From the human T2T-CHM13v2.0 reference genome, Homo sapiens, in the NCBI RefSeq assembly GCF_009914755.1, contig NC_060947.1: a stretch of DNA of 64,000 bases; one strand, written 5' to 3'. The notes below the pieces were generated by a model, which was not told the origin of the DNA, searched no databases, and saw only the letters and a program-made list of their open reading frames with translations. Shown here piece by piece: positions 1 to 13,020 of the stretch. Numbering within the stretch: position 1 is the first letter of the stretch; the number at the start of each line of letters is the position of its first letter. The translations under genes and the position numbers were made by a program.

Positions 1-185
1 GACTGAGTTTGCTATAAAAGGAGCAGAGAAATGCTCTTGTAGCTGACTAAAGACACGGGACTTAGGAAGGTTATTTTTTAAATGGATGACATTATAATAC
101 GTTTGTTTGCTAATAGGAATGTTCCAAAGAAAGAGGGAGAAATTTATGATGCTGCAGAGAAAAGGAAATATTCAAATAGTAAATT

Positions 186-538
186 CTGCCATAAAAAGGA
201 ATGAATTAATGGCATTTGCAGCAACCTGGATGGAACTGGAGACTATTATTCTAAGCAAAGTAATTCAGAATGGAAAACCACACATTGTATGTTCTCACTC
301 ATAAGTGGGAGCTAAGCTGTGAGGATGCAAAGGCATAAGAATGATACAGTGGACCTTGGGGACTCTGGAGGAAATGGTGGGAAGGAGGTAAAGGACAAAA
401 GGCTACAAATTGGGTTCAGTGTATACTGCTCGGGTAATGAGTGCATCAGAATCTCACAAATCACCACTAAAGAAGTTACTCTGTAACCAAATGCCACTTG
501 TTCCCCCCAAAAACTATGGAAATAATAAATAAATAAAT
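186..538 (+). mobile_element. 5'-truncated L1PB-type LINE-1 3' end
   Basis: L1 3' sequence (GCAGCAACCTGGATGGAACTGGAG...AAATCACCACTAAAGAA) with an (AAAT)n tail. Flanked by the near-direct repeat AAATAGTAAATT (174-185) / AAATAGCAAATT (539-550). Confidence 0.85.
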
Positions 539-1170
539 AAATAGCAAATTATTTGAGTAGGCATGAAGAAATGGAATCCATTGCACTAGTGGAGGGCTTG
601 GACTCAGATAATGACAATAATGGCCATCATTTTTTATGAGTCATTTACATATATTAACTCATTTAATTCTAAAAATAACCCTGTAAGCTGTATTTTATTA
701 CCACCTCTATTTTACATGGACAGAAAAATAAACACAGCAGGTTAAGCTAGTAATTGGTAGAGGTGGTTTCCAAACTCAAGTTATCTCATTCCAGAGTACC
801 ACTCTAGAGAGTTATATGTTATACAGTAGATGTACATATTATAACTGGGAAAAAAGGCAGACTACACAGATAAAGTTAGGGAATTTTTTACATGTCTTCA
901 TAACAAGATGATATAGTATAGTTTTTATTCTATTTTTCACTAAAGTTAAGTGCAAGATTATCATCTGAGAATAAGAAGGAGGGATGGGCCACTGAGGGAT
1001 GGACAATATGAGAGTTGAAGAAGGGATGGGCAATGTAGGGAAAGAGCAAAAGGTATGAAATATTTGTCAAGTACAGGAGTAAAATGGCCATGGAAAATGA
1101 CCTGCAAAATCTGCCAGTGCCAAGGTCTCTTGAAGATTTTTGTCATTATTTTAAAGTGAGATGCATCATC

Positions 1171-1720
1171 ATGTGAGGCAGAGAGCTAATTTCTATCCAT
1201 CTTTGCTTCAAGGTGTCACCAGTGAAATATCGATGGTGGGACTGACAGGTAATCTAGAGGAATAGAGCATGCCTTTCGTTTTCATATCTGTCATCCTTTT
1301 ATCTGGCATGGAGGTGTGATGGCTAGAACTTTGCTAGTCATAATTGACCATGGAGATAAGTACCACACTCTAGGGGTGGTAGGATATTGAGCCAGGCGGC
1401 AGAAGTTTGTTCTCTGATGACTTCATTGAAGTGCCACAGCAGTCCTGGACTTTTCGCCTGCAGACATCTCTAATGGGAGTCAGAAATAAATGTGTATCTT
1501 GTCTAAGCCTGTTTAGGAGTCTCTTCTTCTTATAGTCAGACTTAATCCTAACTTATTCCAGAATTTGTTTTCAGAAGCGGGTTGCTAAAGGGACAAAACC
1601 TAAAAATATGACTTTGGTTAAATGGAGGCAAACAGGTGGTTAGCAGCAAGACTCAGATGTTGCAGTTTCTCTCAACATAGGCCACTGTTCTGATGGACAC
1701 ATGGCATATAGGGAGAATTA
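1171..1720 (+). mobile_element. MLT1-family MaLR LTR with start of internal sequence
   Basis: TGT start, AATAAA, MLT1-like end (CTTAATCCTAACT) near 1560, then MLT-int-like CAGAAGCGGG...CCTAAAAATATG. Boundaries approximate. Confidence 0.55.
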
Positions 1721-3589
1721 TTTTAAATATACTTTGGGTTTTTTTTCAGGTGAGTAAAATGGAGAGAGAAAAGGAGATTCCACAATTTCCTTTAGTAACA
1801 AATTTCACTGTCTAGCAAACTTTACTTTCAGGGATTGCTTTCAGGTATGTCACTTAATATTTGTACCACTTCATCTAATTTCCATTTTCTTATATACTAA
1901 ACTCAAGAGACACATTTAGTTAAAATTTTTAATAAAATCTTACACTTGTCAGATATTTCAAATATTTTACTTTACTCCTGTCTATTATAGGAAATCCAAA
2001 ACTGACTTATATTTACCTTCTTAAACCTTGATATGTTCTCACAATCTTTTTATTTTTCAAAGATTTATATCAGTTTATGACAGTATAACTACAAAAAAAA
2101 GTATAGTCACCAAAGTAAACAATGACATACTCCTTGTCAAATCTTAGGGCCTATTTCCACGCTCTTGGCCCTTATTTCTTATCTTGCCTTTTTCCCCTAA
2201 ACTGAGAGCCAACATCATCATGGGCGTATCAAGTAGAGACAGATCAATTTGTGTTGGAATCCAGTTAGTCATTTACTAGTTAGTTATGTACCTTTAGCTA
2301 GTCAGAATTTCTTTCTAATCCTCAGTTTTCATCCACAAAATGAACTGTGTTAAAGACTGAATAAACTAATTTTGTTTACTCACATTTAGTTTATACTTTT
2401 TTTTTAAAACCTTCCTTTCTTTGGTTCAATTTACACCATGCACCACCTACATTAGTACCTATTGATATTTGCGAGGGTTTTATGTCTTTGCCCCTTCTCC
2501 ATTTCTATAACCATTTCTCAAGCCTTCAACATGGTACTCCTTGCCAGCAATCATTCTTTGCTACCTGTGTTCCTACCCATTCTCTAGTTTCTTCCAGAGG
2601 TTCCTTGTCCCTCAGCAGGTCTGCCTTCTTACTGCCTCCTGCATACCGCCCACTTGCACCATTTTCTATATATTTTCTCTTGCATCAATTTTCCATTGCA
2701 TATAATAATCTCTAGTTCACAAACCTGTATTTGTAACTCTATTTTAAAGACAATATTTAGTCTTACTTCATCCCAGAAATCATTGACTAACTTCACCACA
2801 ATTGAGACATCACTTACATGAAGTTCCTCTTTGTATGTGTATAATTTATCCTCTTATACCATTAAATTTCTTGTATTGATCGTTGATTTTATTTTAGGCT
2901 TGTCTTAATTATCCATTTAGGATGTAAAATCTTCCTTGTCTTCATGATCCGCTGATGGTATAAAACTTCCTTTGTTTAAAGAAAGATAAAACTATCTCTG
3001 CTGTTCCCTGTCCCATGCTTTGCAGTGCTATCACTATGAGGAGAATTTATTAATTTATGCATGCTGCATTTAATATGTAAAAGCCTTTAAATACATGAAG
3101 ATTGGTACTACAATGTCCTCGATCTTTGCTTTCTTAAACTCAAATAGTCTTAGTTACTTTAAAACATTTTGCCTAGTGTTATTTTTGTGTGTGTGTTTCC
3201 TCTAAATTCAAGTGTTTATATTCTTCTTTAGTTGAGATCCAGAATCGGCCTCACTGCCATCATATAATCAAATTCATGCAGAGTGGATTGGGGAGTTTAA
3301 TTCCTAGCATCTCCTCTTACCTTTGCTTCCATTTAAAAATTTAATTATTTCTAAAATTCAACTAAAGGCCCTCATTTATTATAATTTATATCATTGTTGA
3401 ATTATTAATTGGTTATTTATTTGCTATACATTATAGTCAAGCCTGTAGCTGAATAAAGTATACCTTGATACATTGGAATACTTATATAAACTGCATAGGC
3501 ACTAAGGGGCTAAAAGAAAGTAAAGTGGGATATGATAATAAATGAAAACTTATTGGAGTAGAAAATGAAAAAAATTTAGGTTATATTTT

Positions 3590-4315
3590 ATTTCTTTTAA
3601 TTAAGATGGAATTCATATAACATAAAATTGACCACTTTAAAGTGAACGCCAATGGCATTTAGTGTAGATTTTATTTTACTTTATTTTTAACAGCTTTATT
3701 GAGGTATAATTTACATACCATACAATTCACCCTCTTAAAGTTTAAAATTTAATAGCTTTTCATATATTTACAACATTGTGCAGCCATCGTCACAGCCAAT
3801 TTTAGAATATTTTATTTAACCCCCAAAAAACCCCATACCTATTAGCAGTCATTCCTTATTTTCCTGTATCCACTATACCTAGGCAACCATTAACCTACTT
3901 TTTGTCTCTATAGATTTGCCTATTCTGGACATTTCATATGAATGAAATCATATATGGCCTTTTGTATCTGGTTTCTTCCATTTAGCATAATGTTTTCAAG
4001 ATTCATCCGTGGTATAGCATGTATCACTACTTTGTTCCTTTTTATTGCTGAATAATATTCCATATTGTGGGTATACCATGTTTTATTATCCATATTATGC
4101 CATATTATGGATATACATTCATCAGTTGATGTTCATTTCTGTTGCTTCCATCTTTTGGTTATTATGAGTAGTGCTGCTATAAACATTTGTATGCAAGTTT
4201 TACTTTTAATACCTGTTGTCAGTTCTTCTGGGTATATACCTAGAAGTGTAGTTGTTGGATTATGTTTAATATGTAAACATATTCTATGTTTAACATTTTG
4301 AGGATCTGCCAAACA
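3590..4315 (-). mobile_element. Old L1MB/L1M 3' end fragments
   Basis: Typical antisense L1M 3' motifs: AACAGCTTTATTGAGGTATAATTTACATAC, GATTTGCCTATTCTGGACATTTCATAT, GGGTATATACCTAGAAGT. Confidence 0.85.
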
Positions 4316-5486
4316 GATCCTTTCCTGATTTCTAAAATGGAATATTTATTTTTTTAACTGTAGGCTTTACATTCCTTATATATCTGACCACTAGTTTATT
4401 GTACCATAACAGGTATTTCCTGATTTCTTTTGTGCTTTGCTTTCATCACCAAATAACAACTTCCTTGAACTTTTAAAATTACATCATTTATAGAATAGAA
4501 ATATGAAAAGAGTTTTGTGATTCTTAGACATGAACACTTCCATAATTAAAGATATTCTTACCCCTATGGTAACACATGGAATGAAAAGGAAAATTTGATT
4601 CCTAACATTCTATTAATTTTATTTTCTTTATATATCTCTTCCATGATGCTGCCAAAATAATTGGGCTCAATTTAAATGCCCTTGTCTGCTTGCCAGTGGG
4701 ATGCATCTGAGAATTCAACTGTGCTACATTTTGTTTGACCACCTATGTGTTCTACTAACCCCTCTATTAACTAAATGCCTTTTTGATATAGTCAGTGTTA
4801 CTTAATTCCAAGGGAAATCTGGGGAAAATATTGTAATTTACTGTGTACAGTGGAGATAACCACAGTATGTAATATCCATTATTGTATGGGAATTGTACTC
4901 AAGTTAGTCCAATATGGAGTGATGGTTTTAAACCTTTTAGTTAGGAATTAAGTAAACAAATATTTGTGAAGCACCCACCCACTAAATCATACAAGTCACT
5001 GAATTAAGGAGAGAAAGTGAAAATATTAATTTGTGGCTTAATTATTAATAGCATATTAAAAATGTAAAGGTTTATTATGGTTTTAGTCGGAGTTTATCCT
5101 TCATTACATATACAAGTATGAAAGGAAAGAATTATAGCACTAAGCCGGTAAGAGAAAAGCAGCTTGATTCTCTTCAGAGTGAATAGAAGGAACATAACCG
5201 TAAAAGGAATATAAACAATAATTCCGAGTGGGAGAGAAATAAATTATTTTTAAAATAATTCAAGGACATGGCTTAATGCAATGAGATAACATAGACCTGC
5301 TAACCTCATTCCAGTTAACAAAGCACATTTGGTTATATTGTATCTTTTACAGTTTCATAGTTTGCTGTTTTATAGTAGGAACAGGATAAGCTTTAACTGC
5401 CTTGTTTTCCTTTATTCTTCCTTTTTTGACCCTGTTAAATTTAGGAAAGCACACACTTGGCTCATAAGTGCTTGTTCAGATAAAAC

Positions 5487-5758
5487 AGTGTGCTTCCAAA
5501 TGTAGCAGCAACCCACCTTCATCAGAATCTCCTAAGAGGGATGTGATTGCAAAAATATCATTTTTCTTAGCCCTACATCATGGCTCTTAGATCAGAACCT
5601 CTAAGAGTTCTGAGCTGAGTTATGATATAGGGCTAAGGGAGGGCCCAGGAATGTACATTTTATCAGTAACCCCAGGTGATTAGGGTAGGGTCCAGGAATG
5701 TACGTTTTATCAGCATTTCCAGGTGATTCTCACATATGCTAAAGTTTGAGAACCACTA
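5487..5758. mobile_element. MER5-family hAT-Charlie DNA transposon with internal tandem duplication
   Basis: CCCAGGTGATTCT...AAAGTTTGAGAACCACT terminus and ATCAGAATC motif. Confidence 0.7.
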
Positions 5759-6014
5759 TACTGTACTGTATTCCCTGCTGTAGTGACTATGATTGAGCAG
5801 AATGGTTAAAAGCATGGACTTTGGTGTCAGGCTTATTTGAATTTAAGTTCTGATTCTGTTACTTCATTGTGATCAAAACTTGGATAAGCCTCTTAAATTC
5901 TTTCAGCCTCCACTGTATTCAGCTATAAAGTTTAAGATAAAAGGTGATTATAATCTCTATTTACCTAAAGAATAAAGACTTATTAACATAATTCTGCCTT
6001 ATCATTCTTACTAT

Positions 6015-6325
<311 letters not shown>

Positions 6326-7086
6326 TAATAGAATCTTCCTTTATTCTTAAAACTATCCCACTTTAGAGGATAAATTATGTGATCTAGCATAGCTATGTAA
6401 TCATTTACTGTGATGATTATATGACATCACTTATTTGATTTGATACAGTTGGCACATAATACATATTTTTTAAATGTTCTTATAATTAATGCTATTTTTA
6501 AAAATCAGGCCAACTCTGGGCCCACTGCCTAGGAGTTAGCCCTTCTCCATAAGGAGCAGTAAAAGCAAACAAACAAACAAATTTGATTTTTTTTTTATTT
6601 TAACAGAGTACTCAGGATTATCTACTGCTTTAATTGCTTTTAAAAATTGATTTCCATGGAAAAGAGGTCACTGATTATTGATTGTTGGCTAGTTTTGTCC
6701 TCCATGGGTACAGGTCTTTAAGTCATTTTGTCCTCATTGTTTTTACTAGCTTGGCCATGCCAGTTGGCATTGTCTTGTGCTAAAAGGCATTTTGTAGTAG
6801 AGACTTTGGGGAAAAGACATTCAAGAGAAGGATAATAAAAGTCTGTACAGTGGAACTATAGTATTACACAAATATTATTGTCTATAAGCCCTATTACCTA
6901 CAAAAGATAAATATGACATTTTCCTTCTCTTATTAGCTTCATGATGAAACACCTTGCTATTCTGCCTTCAGTTTGCTTTTCACTTCCAAGTAAGTATATT
7001 CTAGCCATGGGAGAGAGGTATTTAGGTGTTTTTCTTGTAGTTAGATGGGAATCCTAGACTCTCTACTCAGACTGCTCTGAGCCTAA

Positions 7087-7404
<318 letters not shown>

Positions 7405-7447
7405 TCTGAGCCTAAGTTTATCAGTAATCTCCTAAGTGGTGCCATAA

Positions 7448-7824
<377 letters not shown>

Positions 7825-9519
7825 TATTGTTTTCTAATACCATTATTAAGAAGAATATTGGTGGTCTTAAAATTGAGCGAGCAGCAGATTTTAGGGTAAT
7901 ATGGGACTTATTTGGCTCATTGGCTTCTTTCAGCCACCTTGTTCAGATTTTTTGCTTCTCCAGTAAAAAAAAAAAAAAAAAAATTGTTCTTCTTTGTGAG
8001 ATGGATGGGGGAAAAAGAAGTCATATAGTTTAAGGAGAATAAGGAAATCCCAATATCTGAACATTTGAGGGAGAAGAACTCAATAATCAAGGGCCAAGTG
8101 ACATAGCAGATATATTGTGTTTTGCAGTGTCTGACTGTCAACACGTAACAATAAGTGGTTGAGATTTTCATACTCAAGGCCTTATTCATTGCTTTTTAGA
8201 AAGTGTTTTTGTTCCACTTCCAATGAAGGCATAATTCTCAATGAAATATGGAAAGTGTTGTAGTCAACATGAAAATACATATATTCAAAATAGCATAGCA
8301 TTAAGCCTGAAGTATCCACCATCATTTTTATTCACATACTACTGGTATTTAAAATATAGAAAATAAATAGAAATATAGAAATATAAACTTCTACAGCTAT
8401 TGCCTTCATAAATTACAACCTTCATGGCTATCATATGTCCCAAATATATGTTTCAGATATGTGCAAATGATGATAAAGAAACATTCAATCATCAGTTATC
8501 TAGGAGACAATGATACACACTAGGTTATCTTGAGTTAATTATTTCATGCCAAACTTAAGTGACTATGTGAGAACCATATGTTTGGTGTGTAATTCACACT
8601 TTCAATAATGTTTGTATCAACTGAAATATTTTTCAATGAACCAGCATCCTTATAATGAACATGGTGTTATTATAAGGAAGCTGGCAGTACAAGTGGTACT
8701 TTGTGTTTTCTCATTTCATGCTTTCATTTAGATTTAAGATGTTCTTGGTTTCATTTCCAAGTTGGCATGAGTTAGCAGTAAATAGGAATCTGCTGGCTTG
8801 TGTTACATTTGCTTTTCTGATACCTCTAAAGAAAGAATGGGAAGAATTCAGAACAGTAATCAGTTTTAATTGAGGTTATCCAGATAGAAGTCTTTGTTCT
8901 ATCTAAATATCAAGCCAAATTTCTTGGTATATAATCAGAAGGAACCATGTTGATTTCTCTACTTATTGATGGGTGTATGCTTTGATTAAGGAGTCACAGG
9001 GAAAGAAGATGGTAATATTCTCATAGATTAATGATTGTGGATTTTCAGCAGTTAAGAATTGTATTCAACCTAGAAAACAACTTCTAAGAATCATTAATAG
9101 TGCAATTCATAGAAGTAGGGTTGATTAAAATTATGAATAATTTATAAAATGTAATATATGGATAGAAAGAGCACATTGGCTTTATTTAACTCATGATTAG
9201 GCATACATGATTATTCCATTTTCTTCCTTTAGCATTGACTTTTAGATTATGGAAGGAGAATGCCTCTAGAGAGTTAAAGAATAGGCACAGCACAAAAGTA
9301 AAAATGAATGCTCCAAAAGTAGATATATGTTGTGCTTCTGATGACTTTGCATTTTGTAATGGATTTCCATCAAACTGCCTTGCTGTATCAGTCAGAATAG
9401 TCTAGGTTACATTGTAGTAATGAACAGCCCCGAATATGAATGGGCTAAAACTGAAAAAACAAAAGATGTGTTTGCATTTAGCTCTTGCTATATGTCTATT
9501 TCAGGATGGAGTTGCTGGC

Positions 9520-10177
9520 TGATATGGTTTGGATATTTGTCTGCTCCACATCTCATGTTCAAATGTGATCTCCAATATTGGAGATGGGGCTTGGTGGGAT
9601 GGGAGGTCTTTGGATTATGGGGGTGGATTTCTTATGAATAGCTTGGTGGCTTGGTGGCATCCTCATGGTAATGAGTAAATTCTCATTCTATTATTTTCTT
9701 GAGAAACTCATATTTAAAACAAGAGAAATGTAGGTATCTCTAAAGACTGTAGTAACCCAATTTTATTGATGATCAGAGGCCAAAAAAGCCTTGTAACCTT
9801 ACATGTTGCTTAATCCTGATCATGTAACAGAATCGTTTGGCAAGAGTTTGAAATGCGTGAATTCTTGGCTCCTATTTTCAATGTTCCTAATTTAGGAGGT
9901 TTAGGGTGAGACCCAAGCATCTATATTTATTCCCTTAAGAACTGGTTGTTAAAAAGAGCCTGGCACCTCTCTCTTTCTTCTTCTCTTGCCATGTAATGTC
10001 TGCTCCCCTTTGCCATCTACCATGAATGGAAGCTCCCTGAAGCCCTGGTCAGAAGAAGATGCTGGCTTCATGCTTCTTGTACAGCCTACAGAGCCAGGAG
10101 CCAAATAAATCTGTGTTCTTTGTAAATTAACCCAGCCTCTGGTATTCCTTTATAGGGCCACAAAATGGACTAAGACG
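9520..10177 (+). mobile_element. MST (MSTB-like) MaLR solo LTR carrying a 240-bp insertion
   Basis: TGATATGGTTTGG start, GGTTGTTAAAAAGAGCCTGGCACCTC, AATAAA, ATGGACTAAGAC end. Confidence 0.85.
9691..9930 (+). repeat. Local direct duplication, inserted copy (source 10928-11163)
   Basis: Hand alignment gives about 20 substitutions plus one 4-bp indel over ~236 bp. Confidence 0.95.
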
Positions 10178-10927
10178 GGACATGGGCTGTGTTGCATGCT
10201 ATCCCAGACTCAGGCCTGAGGAAGACTCCAAGTGGAATGCTCCTGGTCACTGTGGCAGGAGGAAGGGGAGTGCTAGAAAATCTTGCAATTTAATTAAATG
10301 CTGTCGTCCAGAAGTGATGTACAGCATTTCTGTCCACAACTCTTTGGCCAGAATTATTCTCATGACCCTGCCAAGGGCAAGGTGGCAAAGAAGTACCATT
10401 CTTTCATGTGGCTGGGAGGGAAAAAAGAACCAGATTTAGAAGAGCATTAGATATCTCTGTCACATCTGAGGAACAAATTAGCCATCAGAGCAAAGGTCCA
10501 GGCATCCCATCTCGGCAAACAAAGCATGATTAACCCTAGAGCTGCTGATTCTGAGCTCACCCTAACTTGATTCCCTCCACTGGCCCCAAGCTGGCAGCTG
10601 TAGCTTTGCAAACATGATAATGCTTCTCTTGTTAGAACTGAATTTAGAATTGGCAGCAACAGAAACCTGCAAGCTGCAGTTCATTTGTGTATCCATGCTT
10701 AATTTAATTCTTATTGAATGAAATGCACCCTCATTTTATTCTTGCTGGAAAAAAAAAAAACTAACAACATAAAAGCCAGTCCAACTATTAAATCAAGATT
10801 TTCTACAAGATTTGTGTTAATTATTCTCTCTGTCCTTTCACAAGAATAAAACTGATTTTATTTATCAGTTTTGATTCATTTTTGATACTTGAAGGAATGA
10901 GGAGTACAGACCAGCTATGGACTATGT

Positions 10928-11163
10928 TTATTTTCCTGAGAAACTCATATTTAAGGCAAGAGAAATGTAGGTAGCTCTAAAGACTGTAGTAATCCAATTT
11001 TATTATCAGAGGCCAAAAAGGCTTTGTAGCCTTACATGTTGCTTAATCCTGACCATGTAACAAAATCACTTGGCAAAAGTTTGAAATACGTAAATTCTTG
11101 GCCTCTACTTTCAATGTTTCTAATTTAGGAGGTTTAGGGTGAGGCCCAAGCATCTATATTTAT
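10928..11163 (+). repeat. Local direct duplication, source copy (unique DNA plus part of a MER5-like element)
   Basis: Continues into an intact MER5-like end (CCAGGTGATTCC...GTGAGAAC) that the upstream copy lacks. Confidence 0.9.
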
Positions 11164-12014
11164 ATTTAAATCTCACCAGGTGATTCCGATGGGCAGCCAG
11201 AAGTGAGAACTGTCCTGGAATGTTATGTAAAAGAAAGTTATTATTTTTGAACTTGTTTTCTAAATCAAATAACTATCCAAACCTAATTTTCCAACTTTAA
11301 GAATAAGGCCATCTATTTAGCAGTACAGAATCCATGCTTACAATGTTTCTGGTTCACTTCTTATGTGAAAACACTGAAGTTGTTAAATAATTCATAGATT
11401 ATTTTGCAATCCTGCCAGTCTTTATGTGTTTCATGTTCTTGTTTATAAGTCAGTGAGTAGGGAATACATCCATTTTGAGAATGCCACTCTGTTGTAGTTA
11501 ATAGATACAGATCCCATTATCATAGTTATTCTAATATATGATTCACCAAAATAATGGACAAAATGATGTAACTAACAATTGATTTGCCTGCTCTAATACC
11601 TTTCTTTAAAACACTGTAATAAAACAGGAAATGGTTTTTTTTAAATCATATATTTTGAGTCAGGAGACTAGAGTTAAAATGAATCCTAGAGATGGAGGAT
11701 AGTAAACGCCAATTGTGAAGCCAGTAATTACAGGAATCCATGTAGTAATAAACTTATTGTTTCTGTCTTCAAAGTACCTTTACTTCATCCTGTTTAAAGC
11801 TTCTGTTGCAAGCATGTCATTTTGAAAGTAAATTAGACTAAACATCATTCTGATGTCCATAGTTCAATAAAGTAGATAAAATGCATATTCTATGAAAGAC
11901 TGTCAAATAAATATTATGCTTATTCATCTCTCTGTTTGCTTTAAAATATACTTTAATTTATGTAAATGAGCATTTAATAGAAATAAATAGTAATGAAGCC
12001 ACATAATGCAGATA

Positions 12015-12770
12015 TTGTCAAGCTTAAACAATCCAGACATAGGTAAGGAGAGGCACTATTCAAAAGGATTATTTTAAGAGCTGGGAGAGGGACTATTGCA
12101 GTAGAAAGAATGCTCTAGCTATGAGATCTGTATTTTCAAAGTCAGATAAAAATCTTTTCTTTGCCTGGCCCTCACCTGAGCACTGCATATGCTTACTTTA
12201 TCTCAACCCTAGGTGGTATGAATTACTATCCATTTTTAGCTGTCAAAATTGAGACACAGAGAAGCCAAATATGTCACTGATATTTTGGTTTATGGGGGTA
12301 GTGAGCAAAGTTAGGAAGAACTAGGTGTAGGGAAATGGTATTGAAAGGGTGGCATGACGGCATGATCATACAGTTGATTAGGGAATGCTTTTTCCTAACG
12401 TAAGTCAATGGTCCAGAAGGCCTCTTAAGGAGAGGTTGTATGCCGACTCAGGCGGTGTGCATGTGTCACAGTTCAGAGACCTGAAGGAAAGAGAGAAGCT
12501 TTAGTTAAATTTGGTGAAGCCAAACTGGTAGGTATTTTATCCAGATTAGTCAGAGGTATAAACAGTTCATCTAATCATTTATGGGGTAAAGACTGGGAAT
12601 TTGGAGGGTCTGTGTCTGGCCTTGTCTAAGTAAACAAGAGGGGCATCTGTGAGTCTTATCTAAGTCATACAGGAAAGACAGTAAGCCTCCAGAAGTAAAA
12701 GGGTGGGAAGACATCTTTAACCATCATTGTTTTTCAGGATCAGAGGGCTCTGGGAAAGTTCATGGTTCAT
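12015..12770. mobile_element. ERV1-class solo LTR (MER89/MER90-like) with 130-bp insertion
   Basis: Recalled motifs GGGACTATTGCA...GAATGCTCT...GAGATCTG and GGGAATTTGGAGGGTCTGTGTCTGGCCTTGTC...GAGTCTTATCTAAGTCAT. Subfamily uncertain. Confidence 0.6.
12161..12290 (+). repeat. Local direct duplication of a MIR-like segment (source 12825-12956)
   Basis: TTGCCTGGCCCTCA...ACTTTATCTCAACCCTA.GTGGTATGAATTA...GCCAAATATGTCACTGA occurs twice, roughly 85% identical by hand count. Confidence 0.93.
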
Positions 12771-12799
12771 ATAAAGCAATAGGGTCTAGCTAAGTCTCA

Positions 12800-13020
12800 T
12801 CCAATAATAGGTATCATTTAGTGATTGCCTGGCCCTCAGTTGAGCACTGCACATGATCACTTTATCTCAACCCTATGTGGTATGAATTATTATCCAGTTT
12901 TAGGTGTTGAAATTGAGACTTGGAAAGGCCAAATATGTCACTGAAATTTAGTGGTTAATCTAGAATTCAAACTTGAATGTCCATAGTAAAAAAATCAAAC
13001 TCATAGTCATTTATACTATG
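12800..13020. mobile_element. MIR
   Basis: Degenerate MIR core (CAACCCTATG...ATTATTATCC...GAAATTGAG...CTAGAATTCAAAC). Confidence 0.6.

Larger units (their letters stand above)
9385..10450 (-). mobile_element. MLT1K/L-like MaLR LTR, split by an MST insertion
   Basis: TGTATCAGTCAG...CTAGGTTA start. Resumes after 10177 with TTAAATGCT...CCAGAAGTGA...TTGGCCAGAA motifs. Confidence 0.65.
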
